Shown piece after piece: positions 1 to 13,457 of a DNA stretch of 64,000 bases. The notes below the pieces were generated by a model. It searched no databases and was not told where the DNA came from. It saw only the letters and a program-made list of their open reading frames with translations. Each line of letters starts with the position of its first letter. The stretch's first letter is position 1. The position numbers and the translations under genes were made by a program. This DNA is from Azolla caroliniana (taxonomy: Eukaryota > Plantae > Polypodiophyta): the NCBI GenBank assembly GCA_043228905.1, contig JBHGNT010000010.1:18538001-18602000 (forward strand), read 5' to 3'.

Positions 1-218
1 GATCAACGCACGACCTGGTTACAGATCGAACTCAACGCCTTGCCGAAAGGCAAAGGAGACGTGAGGCTTTCCAACAAGCGGCGCAGGAAATTAGAGCGGA
101 TCGCTCGTTTTCCAACGTAATCCGGAGAGTAGCGGAGGACTCCCTCTGGTTACAGCAAACATCGCACCCGGACGACGGCAGCAGCCTAAGCAGCCTCCGG
201 GAAACCGAATCCCTTCTC

Positions 219-499
219 TGTTGCAGACGAGGTCGTCTATGCGGAAGATCAAGAAGCATTCGATTGTTGTTGAATACCTGCGTATGACAGTTTCTAGTCG
301 TTGCACAGAGAGAGAGAGAGAGAGAGAGACACAAAAGACTTCTTATTCCACAAAGCAATAATACAACACCCAACCTTACAAAAAGGTTACAAGGTCACTA
401 TATATAGTGACCGACTTAGGGCAACTACCCTTTATGCTAATTACACAAATGGCCCAAAGGGATAGTGTGAATACGTCCATTATACACTTGTATTCGACA
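219..499 (-). repeat. Copia-1 3' LTR (281 bp)
   Basis: Near-identical to 4550-4832 (one AG microsatellite unit and about one substitution differ); adjacent PPT reads CCCATTACGGGGGAG on the minus strand. Confidence 0.95.
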
Positions 500-712
500 C
501 TCCCCCGTAATGGGCGTATACATGGGTTATCTGAGATTACAGGTATAGACTTGGGTTCTCGGACATATCAGCTTTGTTCGAGTCGGTAGGGTCCGAAGGC
601 AGAAGACCGAACTGGTCGGGTCGGAACAGTTGAAGCCGATCATTAAGGAACTGATGTCGGTTGTCGGGAACCATCCTGCTCTGTGTCCGGCTCTAACCGG
701 ACTGGTTTGTCG

Positions 713-3700
713 TTACGCCCATCTGATGCCGAAGATGTGTCGTGCCGGACCGAGGTCCTTCATGGCAAACTTCAACCGCCGTTGCCGAATGAGATCGGCA
801 AGTTCGCCCGCGTGGCGTCCAGAAATTAGCATGTCGTCCACGTAAATGATGAGGAAGATGGGTGATCCATCTTGAGCTGTGTTGGTGAAGAGACAATGGT
901 CCTCATCGCTTTTGGAGAAGCCGATCGATTGGATGAAGTCGTCGAACTTCTTGTACCATTGTCGTGGTGCCTGTTTGAGGCCGTATAGACTCTTCCTGAG
1001 TCGGCAGACTAGATGTTCTTGGCCAGTTGCCACGAAGCCTTTTGGCTGCTCCATATAAATTTCCTCGTCAAGATCACCATGGAGGAAGGCTGTTTTGACA
1101 TCTAGCTGAATCAGCTCCAAGTTGTCGGCTGCCACTACGCCGAGCAGAAAACGAAGGGTTGTCATTTTCACCACTGGTGAAAAAATCTCGTCGAAGTCGA
1201 CGCCATATTCTTGTCGGAAGCCCTTCGCAACTAATCTGGCCTTGTACTTTGGGGTGGTCGAATCAGACGTCTCTTTTAGTCGATAAACCCACTTGCAAGG
1301 AAGAGCACGTCGGTTCCTAGGTAATTCGACCAGATCCCAAGTCTTGTTTGCCCGAATGGAGTGCATTTCCGACTCCATCGCCAGATGCCAGGTGGCGGAA
1401 TCGACAGATGTCGATGCTTCTTCGTAAGACGTCGGTTCGCCGGCGTCGGTGAAGAAAATTCCAGGAGAATACCTCTCCGGAGGTTGCGACAGTCTCTCGG
1501 ATCGTCGAGGTATGATTGGACTGGTCGCATCGGGTATCGAGGTCGGATGGTCCGAAACCGAATCATTCGGCTGTGCCGAGTCAGAGTTGTCCGAGTCGGT
1601 AGTGTAAGGTTCAGCTACCCGTGAAGCTGACCGTGTGTTGAGAGCGGGGCCTTCTTGAAGGGTCGGCACATCGGAAAATGTTACCCTTCGGACTTCGACC
1701 GGTTTTTCGACTGATGGATTCATAGCCGACTCGTTGAACACAACGTCCGAACTTCGGACGATTTGTCTGCGTTCGGGGTCCCAGAGTCGGTATCCCATTT
1801 CGCCGTCTGATCCATATCCAAGGAAAATGCATTTCCTGGACCGAGGTGCAAGTTTTCGGCGATCATCTTTCGGAATAAGGGCGTACGCCTCGCATCCGAA
1901 GATCCTCAGCTTGTCGTAATTCGGCTTACTGCCGATCCATAGTTCCTGAGGAATTTGAAGTCCTAGAGGTCTACTTGGCGACATATTGATTATGTGTATT
2001 GCTGTGAGTAGAGCCTCTGCCCAGAAGCCATCCGACAGTCCGGAGTGTTGGAGCATGGAAACTATCCGTTCTTGGATTGTCCGATTCATGCGTTCGGCAA
2101 TCCCGTTTTGCTCCGGACTGTGTGGTGCCGTAAATTCACGTCGGATGCCGCGTTGTCGGCAGAATTTGACGAATTCTTCGGATTTGAACTCTCCCCCATT
2201 GTCTGTCCGAAAGCATTTCAGCTTTCGGTCGGTTTGATTTTCTACCATAGCGAGCCAATCTGAGAAGATCGAGAAGACCCGATCTTTGGTGCGAATTGGA
2301 TAAGCCCACACCTTTCGAGTCGAATCGTCAATAAAAGTGACGAAGTAAGAGGCACCGCCAAGAGACTGATGCGGCATTGGGCCACAGACGTCCGAGTGGA
2401 CTAAATCGAGAGGTCTCGTTTCTCTTGGTGCTGATGTCGGGTGTGATGCGGCTACTTGTTTGCCATACTGGCAATGCTCGCAGAATTGATGGTCGGAGAA
2501 GGAGAGTTTGGGGATGTATCCGGCTCTAGATAGGTGCGTGATGCCGGCCTTGCTGAGGTGTCCTAATCTTCTGTGCCATAGTGATGACACAGGAATATCC
2601 ACCAAAAACAGGTTACCCTCTCTGAGCGTAACATGTAACGGATACAGGGAGTGTATCTTGGGTCCTCTAGCAAGCAGGAGGTTCCCCCTGTGGAGTGTCC
2701 ACCCTCCCGAAGAAAAGCCGGCACGAATGCCGTCTTCATCTAGTTGTCCGACTGAGATCAATGGCCTTGAGAGCTCGGGTACATGTCGGACATTGTGGAG
2801 TACAAGTGTAGAGCCACCTGCAAGGTTGAGCTCTACTGTGCCGATTCCGATGATGTCACAGTGTTGTGAGTTGCCGACTCGAACTGAGTCGGAGTGACGG
2901 ATCGTATATTGCCGAAATTGGGATCGATGAGGAGTCACGTGAAATGACGCGCCCGAATCTAAGAGCCATGTGCTCGACTCTTCAGTCGTGAGTAGGACTT
3001 CTGATCCGACTGGATTTTCGATTGATAGTATATTCGGGTCGTCTGGTAGCACATCAGCTGAGAAGCTGACGTAGTTGATCTCCTCATGCCGACCACTCTT
3101 CTTGTTGTTCTTGTTCTTGAGTGCGCGGCAGTCGGCTTTGATGTGTCCGGGTTTCTTGCAATAGTTGCAGATTCGGTTATCCCGTGACTGGCTCCGTCTT
3201 CGCTGATTGTTCGGCGGTCGTGAGGAATCTCTTCCTCGTATGTTCGATCGGTCTGTCGAACCTTGTACTACATAAGCGTCGTCTGTTGAGTCTTTGACGA
3301 AAGACTTTCTCTGAGCTGCTTCGGTCAGGATTGCGCTCGTGACTTCGGAGTATTTAACAACCGTGGTTGACGCGTTGCACACGGTTGTGACGAAAGTTTC
3401 CCATGATGAGGGAAGGCTGCTCATGAGTATCATTGCTCTGAGTTCATCCTCGATTGCCGTCCCCTGTGATGAGATTTGGGAGCTTATGCTTTCGTACTCG
3501 TTGAGATGTGCTTGAACCGAATCGGATTCTTTCATCCGCAAGTTGTAGAGGCGCCGGATCAGAAACATCTTCGTTGCAGCGACCTTCTTTTCGTAGGTGT
3601 CCGACAGTGTTTTCCACAGTTCGAATGCTGTCGTACACGATTGCACCGTAAAGTATACCGATTCCGATAGGTGCATCCGAATCGTGGCGCGGACGATTCT

Positions 3701-3877
3701 GTCCAGCTTCTGCCACTCAATTGGTTTGTATCCTTCTGGAGGTTCTTCATTTTCGATGGGATCGATTTGCCCCTTGACTATGAGATAGTCCTGCATTTGC
3801 TCCTTCCAGAAGTTGAAGTTCGATCCATCGAACTTTCGTAGACTCATTTCTGACGAGCCGGATGTTGATGCCATCAA
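713..3877 (-). pseudogene. pol: Copia-1 gag-pol polyprotein lacking RT C-terminus and RNase H
   Basis: 1054-aa ORF almost identical to the Copia-2 ORF up to KDLGPARHI, then an ~832-bp deletion (Copia-2 ~16602-17433) causes a frameshift. Confidence 0.93.
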
Positions 3878-4535
3878 ATTTGGTTTCGGTTGACGAAGCT
3901 CGGTTCGGAGTTGACTACGAGCCTTGTTGGAGTGCAGCCGGTTGGCTCACCCGATATCGCTCTAGTCGGATTTGAACCCGAGTCGGTTCGGCTTCGGAAC
4001 TTGCTCGAATTGACTCCGGTAGCTTGAGGGACAGAACCGACTGGTCTTCCCGAATGTTGCCGAGTCGGAGTGAGCCCGGTTCGCTTCGGATATATATGCC
4101 GAATACCGATTATTGAAACCGATTATCTGGACCGATTCTGCTTCGGTTGACTGCAGCAACGAGAGAGACGGATCCAACTGATCCTCCCGAATGTCGATTA
4201 GCCAGATGAAGCACGAATTTGGGGTTGTTGTCTTCAGACCGATCTACACCGAGTGGTTACAATGAGCGGCGTTTGATTACCTCTTCGGATGCCGTTTAAC
4301 CGAATGGAGCACGATCGTGTCAATGTTGCACAAGGGGATTTCACGTCGAGCGGTTACGATCACAAGGGACAGAGTACAACCTGCTGGCTTACTCCAAGCG
4401 AAGATGATCTAACGCGATGAGATGCAAGCCTCGTTTTTCTTCTTCTTCTCTCTTCTTCGAATGACGCAGGAAACCGAATACTGTGCAGGCTGAGACGACG
4501 GCCGACAGCAGATTGAAGGACCGACTACTGTGCAG

Positions 4536-4547
4536 GCTCTGATACCA
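4536..4547 (-). promoter_or_regulatory. Copia-1 primer-binding site, initiator tRNA-Met
   Basis: Minus strand TGGTATCAGAGC, 2 nt from the 5' LTR. Confidence 0.92.
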
Positions 4548-4549
4548 GA

Positions 4550-4832
4550 TGTTGCAGACGAGGTCGTCTATGCGGAAGATCAAGAAGCATTCGATTGCTG
4601 TTGAATACCTGCGTATGACAGTTTCTAGTCGTTGCACAGAGAGAGAGAGAGAGAGAGAGAGACACAAAAGACTTCTTATTCCACAAAGCAATAATACAAC
4701 ACCCAACCTTACAAAAAGGTTACAAGGTCACTATATATAGTGACCGACTTAGGGCAACTACCCTTTATGCTAATTACACAAATGGCCCAAAGGGATAGTG
4801 TGAATACGTCCATTATACACTTGTATTCGACA
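4550..4832 (-). repeat. Copia-1 5' LTR (283 bp)
   Basis: Direct repeat of 219-499 with TG..CA ends. Confidence 0.95.
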
Positions 4833-7193
4833 TTCTCCACGCGTTGGCAAACGGAGAAGGCGAAGCAGAAGCCTTTTCAGCATATGAATCGGACTCCGAA
4901 GGGGAATACAACGTGCACATGAACTACCGTAGCAGCAACGAAACCCCGGGCGGACCGGAGGACGAAGGATCGGATACCTTACCGACACCGGAACCGGAAG
5001 TGCTAACGCTGGAACCCCCGGAACCAGCAGAGGAAGAGCGACCTCCGACACCGGAAGTCGAAGAGGAGAGGCCTCCGTCACCAAAAGAAGAGGAAAAGCC
5101 ACCGACGCCGAAAACAAATCGGGAAAGGCCACCGACGCCGGAGAAAATTCCGGAACGAGCACCAACACTGCCAGCCCGCACACCGATACCGGACGACGAC
5201 ATGCCGTTCCAGTACTCCAAGTATAGAGATGATCCGGATGCGGAAGCTCATGTGCACGCCTTTGAACAGACATGGGAAGCCAACCATGTGTCCCAGCGAT
5301 TGACCCCGGAGGAAGAAGAACGCTCTAAGATAGCGGAATTTGGCGTCACATTGGAGGGACCGACAACAAGATGGCGCCGGACGCAGGACCCGTCTACCAT
5401 CAACACCTTTGCAGATTTAAAAGCTAAATTCTTGCATTTTTTTCAAAAGGAGGTGGACCAGACCATAATGGTAGGCTTATTTTATACCATCCAACAGGAG
5501 GCAGGGGAGAGCATTCCCCAATTTGTCATCCGGTTTCAACGGATGCATAGTCAGCTTGCCCACGCACCCTCGGAGGAGGAATTACGGACTATATTCCTAA
5601 ACGCGCTCCGGGAACCCCTACGCACGGTTTGCACGGTAATTGACTTCCGCACAAGTACCATCGACCAGGTCATTGACCGGGTGAGAGAGATGGAAAAGAC
5701 AAGCTCCTGGCTCACATTGGGAGCACTCCAACGGGCGTTACCGTCCGATGAAGACCTCCGGTTTCGGCAAGCAATACAGTGCACAACCTGCTTGAATTCC
5801 GGACACTCGGCTCTAGAATGCACTATGAGGACGCAATGTGTAATCTGTCAATCCAAGAGCCATACAACGGATAGGTGCGAGTATAATCTGTTGAATCGGC
5901 AAGCACTGCCCGTCCGACAAATTGAGCCACGTAGCAGCCGGGATGAAGAAGACGAACGCTGGCGGCGAATGGACCGCGACCGACCGACACAGGATGTCTG
6001 GTATGGCGATCGACGGGAGAATGATGTCCGGTATGGTGATCAACGGGATAACTATGACCGGCATGATCGGTACCGGGATTACAATGGACGATACGAACAT
6101 TACGATCAGGAGCACTCCCCCGGGTATCGTCAACAACGGGAGGAATACGACAGATATAACGGGCAACCCCGTCAAGAGTACCGCAATAAGAAGAGCTATA
6201 ACAAAAAACGACATTTTAAAAAAGGCGGCTACCCCCGGGATCCAGAACAAGGAGCTCCAAGCAGCCAACCGGTCCAAAACCCCGCGCGTACCGCAGGACC
6301 TGCCCCGGGTACAACAGACAATGCCGAATCTAGCAATACCCGGAAAGCCTACTGCTACTACTGCCGACAGGAAGGCCATTATAGTAACCAATGTCCGGTG
6401 AAGAGCTATGAAAAACGACCGACGATAAATATGGTAGTCCCTAAGGTGGCAGATCTGCAGCAGGTGACCACAAGGTCGAAGGGCATGGCCAAGGAATGGG
6501 AGACGCAGGAGACTATCTGGAAACAAGCAACGGAATGGGTAAAGAAAGCAAATGAGCAGAATGTCACAGACTTACAACGGCAAAAGGAGAACATCGTAGG
6601 GCTTGCCGGCGGTAGTAACTCTGAGAACGAGACATGGCAGGCGTTGCAAGAATGCCAGATTACGTTGCCACTAGGAAGACTCCTACAACTCGTGCCTAGA
6701 TTCACGGAAGGACTGAAGACGGCCATGACGGCAGGAGAACCATCACCGGCACCGGTACTCTTCTCGAACCCGGAGGAGGGACCAACGGTGGTGGAAACCA
6801 TCAGTCCGGTAATCACTGCCATTGTAAAAGGGAAAGAACTCCCCGACACAGTTATAGACGGAGGCTCTGGGGTGAATGTAATAAGCCTCCGGACGTGTGA
6901 TGCCCTAGGAATCCATGAGTGGGAGCCGTGTCCGTTCTGGTTGCGGATGGCCGATACAAGCTCAGTGCGGCCGACATGATTAATACGGAAATTAGAAGTC
7001 ACCGTCGGCGGTCATACATTTCACATCTCGGCCGTAGTGCTACAATTACAGGCACAAGGCGCATACCTGCTATTGCTGGGGCGGCCATGGTTGAAAACAG
7101 CAGATATCAAACAGAATTGGCGGAAAAATATAATTACCTTCCGACAAGGAAAAGCCAAGGTACGGGTACCAACACAGCCAAGGACGACCACAA

Positions 7194-9133
7194 CCATTCC
7201 AGTGGACCGACACCGAGGATAGGGCGTATAGGGCCCTCAAGGTACTATTGTCGCAAGCACCGGTAGTGCAACCTCCGGATTGGAGTAAAGAATTTCACGT
7301 TTTCGTGGACGCTTCCGACATCGCAATCGGAAGCGTACTGATGCAGCTTACGGAACCAAAGTGGTACCGGCCAGTGTACTATGCCAGCCGAAAGCTATCC
7401 CAAGCAGAACGGAACTACTCTACCATGGAACGGGAAGCTCTAGGGATGATCTACAGTGTGACAAAGTTTCGGCATTATTTATTGTGAAGGAAGTTTTCCT
7501 TCCATGTAGATCATTCGGCACTCCTTTACCTGGTGTCCAAAGCGTCACTCACCGGCAAATTGGCCCGGTGGACCTTACTGTTACAGGAGTTCGAGTTTGA
7601 AATATTCCGCCGACCCGGTATACAGCATGCCATGGCAGATTACTTAAGCCGATTAGAGTCCGGAGAGACGGGTGACGGAGTAGCGGAGCTGTTTCGAGTC
7701 ACTACGGAGACGGCAGCAGATGAGACGGTGGCACAGGAAGACAAATGGCTCACAAATATGCACCAGTTTCTGAGCACAGGACTGCCTCCGGAAGAGATGA
7801 ACCGGGACGAACGGAAATGCCTGGCGGTGCAAAGCCGACATTTCTGCTTACTGCAAGACACACTGTACCACAAGGGCGCGGACGGCATATGGAGACGGGC
7901 GGTGCGCAACGATGAAAAGGAACTGATACTGAGGGAAGCCCACTGCGGAGTTGCCGGAGGTCACTATGCCGGAGATGCGACGGCCAAGAAAATATGGCAA
8001 AGTGGCCTATGGTGGCCAACGGCATTAAGAGATGCGGTACGATACGCAAAAGAATGTGACCTATGCCCGAGAATGGGCCAACCAACGGAGCAGGCTCGTA
8101 TGCCACACCAGCCGTACTACCACTCGAGCCATTCCAGAAGTGGGGGCTAGACTTTGTGGGACCGTTCAAGCCACCGGCAATGAGAACGGGTAATCGATAC
8201 GTCATCGTCGCGACGGATTACTGCACGAAATGGGTGGCGGCCAAAGCATTAAGGGACAACACCGCTGCGTCAACGGCGAAGTTTCTATATGAGTACATCT
8301 GGTGCCGTTACGGATGCCCAATTGAATTAATAAGTGACCAAGGGGGGCACTTTCTCGGCCAAGTAGTGGAAAGCCTGACGACATTCTATGTCGTGGTCCA
8401 CAAACGGAGCACACCTTACTATCCACAAGCAAACGGTTTAGCGGAATCAACAAACAAGACGCTCCAGAATATCCTCTGGAAGATCGTAAACGAAAACCGA
8501 ACGGATTGGGATACAAAGCTACATAGCGCGCTTTGGGCATACCGGACGGCATACAAGACGAGCATCCGAACAACACCGTTCCGGTTAGCATTCGGACTAG
8601 AGGCGGTAATGTCGGTGGAATTCCAAGTACCCAGCTTACGGATCCAGCTACGGGAACGACTGAACGAGAAGGAGTCGGAGGCAATACGGTTGACAGCGCT
8701 GTGTGAACTCGAGGAACAACGACTGGCCAACATCCTGCATTTAGAATTGGAGCAACGGCGACGGAAAGCATTTGTCGACCGACACAAGAAAGGAAATGAA
8801 AAAATGTTCGCAATCGGCAAACCGGTGTTAGTATTTCAGACCCGGATGGGCAAGATGCCGAGTAAACTACGGTTTAGATGGACCGGACCGTATTGGCTAA
8901 CACGGGAGTATAATGGGTCCTACCAGTTAGGGACACTTGCCGGCGAAGTGCTAGGCAAATGGGTCAACGGATTCCGGTTGAAGCCATATAGAGGACCGAT
9001 GCCTAAGAACCCATTTGAGCAAAGGACCGACACTAGTGAGGGAAACGGCAACCACCAAGACGGCAGAGAAGGCGAGCCGGTAATTGGGGAAAATGAGGCC
9101 GGTAAGGGTCCGGGAGGACCAACAGACAAGTAA
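7194..9133 (+). pseudogene. pol: Gypsy A RNase H and integrase (stops/frameshift)
   Basis: FHVFVDASDIAIGSVL..YYASRKL..EREALG (RNase H); HCGVAGGHYAG..CDLC (HHCC); catalytic core in ORF 8063-9133. Confidence 0.9.
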
Positions 9134-11607
9134 CGTCACACTAAATTAAATTATTATTAATAAAAAAAAAATAAAAAAATACAATCATGCAAAAGAGAGG
9201 AATGAATGGATGAAAGAGCGAGGAGCGAAAAGGTACGGAGTGGGCATTTAAAGCGCCACCACAGGACATAATGCTATTTTAGTACACGACATGCACACAC
9301 TCGAAAAAGGCGCCAGAATGCACAGACAAAAACCACTGCGCGTAGAGACCCTTTACTTTCGCGAACCCAGGAGCACAGAAGCACCAAGACGCTGCAAGAT
9401 CATCAGACGAGAACCTGCGCACAGAGAACCCCCGCCTTTTGAACTCTCTCTCTCTCAACCTCACTCTCATCACCATCCAACCTTGCCACCGCAATCCGAC
9501 CTCGACACAGAAATGGACCCACAAACGCTGTCGGAAGCCGCCAAGACATGGCTAAAGAAACACGGGCTCGAGGGCTTCTTGATGATGATGGAAGTACCGC
9601 CACACAAAGAAGCCGACAAAGTGATCAAAGAAATCGACACAGAGGTCATAACGGCAGAGGCGATTCGAGCGTTAACAGGCCTTCCGGAGGGAGGCATACT
9701 CACGATCGACAATCCAATCCCAGAGCAACTCATCAGGTATTTTGGTGAGTACTCTCTAGCCAGCAAGGGCTACCGGACACAGGGCGGCGGAGATATGCTG
9801 TTCCGCGAGATTGCTCGTGTGCTCCACGAATACGGCCACGTGTACCCTAGACCCCCTGTCATGCTGCAGAACCGGGCATGGATGATCATCGCCACCTATG
9901 AAGGGGTCAAGGTGGATTGGTCGGTATTGATCGTAGACGGGTTGTGTGCGGCGATCGAGATCGTCAGAGGCAAAGACGGCAAGGAAGGCCGAGACGGACA
10001 AAGGATATGGCACGCTGTAACGCAGTGGCTCACCTTGCTTGTGCCACCCGTCCAGCCCGTCCAGCCCAAGAAGCGAGGAAGAGTGGCGGACGGCACCCCA
10101 AAGACGGCTTCCAAACGACAACAGCTGTTGGCCTCTAAGGCCAGTAAGGGAAAGGCGGCGGATGCAGAATAGGCGGCAGCCGGAAGCGCCCAACGGAGGC
10201 GTAGGATGAACCACCGGCACAACCCGTAAAGGTTACACTCCGCCGACTGGTGAATAGAGAAGCGAACCCCTTGGCGGCAAAACTCAATGCCGGGGCTCAG
10301 GAAGAGGAAATAGAGGAGGAGCCTACGGAGCACCTCCAGCGACGGTCGTCGGCAAGGATCGTTGAGGCAGTCGGGAAACGTTCGGACCCTCAAACGGAGG
10401 GAACACCGGCTCCCCATACTGAGACTCCCACGCCAAGGAAGGAACCGGAACCGGTACGCATGGCACCGGAATCAGAAGCCCCGGCACCACCGGCAACACC
10501 GGCAAGTCCCATCCCGCCAGAGCCGGAAAGGTCAATGCAGCCTCCCTCGGCCAGCCAAGAAGAAGCGCAAGGGGAACCAGGACAGCAGGGTGGTCCACGA
10601 GCAGAAACGAAACTGCAACTCGGCGCAACCAGGCGGGACCACCCCTCTACAAGTGAGCCCATCTGTCAAACCTCCGTGCAAGCACAAGAAGGCACCAGTA
10701 GCTTGTGGCTCCGGTGGATAGGCGAACAGATAGCCGAAGCAGTGGGGTATATTGAGGCAGAAGAAAGAGCGCAAAGCGAACGGTTGCTCGTCACAACCGA
10801 ACAACTAGAGACGGCCCGGTCCAGAATCCGGTGCCTTGAAAAAGACTTGGATCAGGTCACGACAGAGATGGCCAAAATGGCCTTAACGGCAACACAAATC
10901 CAATCACCGGTGACTCCGGTAAGTGTATAGAATAAAGAAATGGATCGACCTGTACATAGCAATAAGACCCCGGCAACGGAAACCGTTCCGGCGAGAGATG
11001 CGGCGCAAGCCCAGGAGCTTGCGGAATTGAGAGACGAACTTGCCGCACAAGAAGCGCTAAGGAGCCGTGAACGGGAATTGAAGACAGCGGCCGAAGCCGA
11101 ATTAAAGAAGACTGCTGAGAACCTCCGCCGGGTAGAGGAGAGCCTCCGGAAAGGCCATCAAGCGTATGACCGGCTAAAGGAGGAGAAAGACAAAGTGCTG
11201 CAGGAAAAGGACAAGCAGCGGAAAACGGCGGAAACGGAGATTGAACGGCTAAAGGAAGAGCTCCGCCAGCAGAAGGACCGCGAGGACCGGGCCCGTCGAC
11301 AGATCAACGCACGGATCAATCAAAAGACAGATGATTTTGAGCACCTGCACCGGGACTACAAACGGCTGGAAACAGAGCATAAAGAACGGATGGCCGAGCT
11401 CCAGCAGGAAGTTGATCGGGCCGCGACGGCCATCGCCGACGAACGTGCGGAAAATACAAGACGCTTGGATGAGGCGGAGAAGGTCCGGATGGAGCTCCAG
11501 AGGCAGCATCAGGAAGAAAAAGAGAGAGCGTCAACAGTATTGCAAAAATTACAAAGCACATATCAAAGGCAATTGACGCATTACAAGGCGCAGGCGGAAG
11601 ACAACGT

Positions 11608-12311
11608 TGTCGTGCCTTTCGGCTCCGGATTGTTGCGTGAGTCGGGTGGGAACCGCCGAGGTTTTTGACTAGGAGGAAGAGGAATACAACTTAAGGCTAG
11701 TTATGAATAGTGGAAAGAGAAGTAAGATAGCAATCTCGTGAATCCCACGAGTTTAGTGTATTTAAAACAATATTTAGATTATAAGAGTAATTTAGATGGC
11801 AAAATTCGTGAATCCCACGAATATATTAGATTGATCAATCCCTGTATATTAATCAACACCCTTATACATATTTCTCTCCTCCTTATATAAAGATGGAAGA
11901 GGCTAAGCATGGCTTCATGCTTTTTCACCAAAAGTGTCCATGCACACTAAATGTGCATGTGATGCATTGTCATTTCCCAAGTATAGGGCTCATGCACGCT
12001 AGATGTGCATGAGTCACTTTTAATGTCACGTGCAAATAAAATATTCACACCCTAAAGAATACATGATTTTTACCTTTTAATAAAGGTATGTGTAAATAAA
12101 GGTCTTATACGTATTAAATCTATATGTATAACACTAAAGATAAGTTATTACAATGGTAAAGTTGAGGTTTATCTACGCGGAGGTGCAGGGTTTGAATCCT
12201 GCCCTATGCACGTGATAAATATTTTGATATATTATTTATTTATTTATATGTATCTAAAATCGGATATATTATTTTATGGTTTTCACGTAGTGTGAGGAAT
12301 ACACTACGACA
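11608..12311 (-). mobile_element. Solo LTR (704 bp) of the Trp-primed Gypsy group, 4-bp TSD ACGT
   Basis: Ends TGTCGT..ACGACA; ACGT at 11604-11607 and 12312-12315; both termini match LTR 23551-24539 in reverse orientation. Confidence 0.9.
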
Positions 12312-12590
12312 ACGTCAAAATCATCAAGCAACTAAAGGAGGAACGACAAGCGGCGGAAACAAAATCGCAATTGGGAACGGGCCGGATTCAGTCCATCCTC
12401 CGGGCATGGCTGAATTAGACAAAACACTTGATTGATGAAAGCTCCGTAAAATGGTGGACAAAGTGGGCACAAAACGCGACGGAACTCCAGTTGTTACGGG
12501 CAGATGTGGCAAACCGGCGAAAGGAAGGAGATGATTGTTATACGTTGACTTTCGAGGACTTCACCGCCATACGGGACGAGCTGGCCGACG

Positions 12591-12869
12591 TGTCGAATAC
12601 ATGTGTATAATGGACGTATTCACACCATCCCGTTTCGGCCATTTATGTAATTAGCATAAAGGGTAGTTGCCCTAAGTCGGTCACTATATATAGTGACCTT
12701 GTAACCTCTTTGTGAGGTTGGTTGTTGTATTATTGCTTTGTGAAATAAAGAGTCTTTTGTGTCTCTCTCTCTCTCTCTCTGTGCAACGACCTACATTCTG
12801 TCATACACAGGGAATAAACAGGAATCGAGTGCTTCAAGATCTTCCGCACTGACGACATTGCTTCCAACA
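12591..12869 (+). repeat. Copia-2 5' LTR
   Basis: TGTCG..CAACA, followed by Met PBS. Confidence 0.96.
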
Positions 12870-13457
12870 TCTGGTATCAGAGCCTGCACAGTAGTCGGTC
12901 CTTCAATCCGCTGTCGGCCGTCGTCTCTGCATTCGGTTTCCTGCGTCATTCGAAGAAAGAGAGAAGAAGAACAAAAACGAGGTTTGCACCTCATCGCGTT
13001 AGATCCCCTTGCTTGGAGTAAGCCAGCAGGTTGTACTCTGTCCCTTGTGATCGTAACCGCTCGAGGTGAAATCCCCTTGTGCAACTTTGACAACAACCCA
13101 AATTCGTGCTTCATCTGGCTGATCGACATTCGGGAGGATCAGTCGGATCCGTCTCTCTCGTCGCTGCAGTCACCCAAAGCCGAATCGGTCCAGATAATCG
13201 GTTTCAATAATCGGTATTCGGCATATATATCCGAAGCGAACCGGGCTCACTCCGACTCGGCGACATTCGGGAAGACCAGTCGGTTCTGTCCCTCAGGTTA
13301 CCGTAGTCAATTCGAGCAAGTTCAACAATACATATATCCGAAGCCGAACCGACTCGGGTTCAAATCCGACTAGAACGATATCGGGTGAGCCAACAGGCTG
13401 CACTCCAACAAGATTCGTAGTCAACTCCGAACCGAGCTTCGTCAACCGAAACCAAAT

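Larger units (their letters stand above)
219..4832 (-). mobile_element. Copia-1: Ty1/Copia LTR retrotransposon with internal deletion, TSD TTCTC
   Basis: TG..CA LTRs 219-499 and 4550-4832, TSD TTCTC at 214-218 and 4833-4837, PBS and PPT present, gag-PR-INT-RT order. Confidence 0.97.
3..7193 (+). pseudogene. gag: Gypsy A gag-protease, split by Copia-1 (segments 3-218 and 4838-7193)
   Basis: Removing Copia-1 plus one TTCTC copy joins ...LRETESLL to HALANGEGEA in frame. Retrotransposon gag core (QEAGESIPQFVIRF), CCHC knuckles (CTTCLNSGHSALEC, CVICQSKSHTTDRC, CYYCRQEGHYSNQC), protease IDGGSGVN...LLGRPWL, stop at 6977-6979. Confidence 0.88.

Noticed and set aside
12138-12212. Functional tRNA gene (also ~23805-23878 and 36975-37048)
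   Set aside because: Anticodon and acceptor arms pair poorly; kept only as a tRNA-like cassette finding.
12759-13373. 204-aa ORF in the Copia-2 leader as an extra gene
   Set aside because: Starts at a non-ATG codon in the LTR microsatellite, and the frame is broken in Copia-1.
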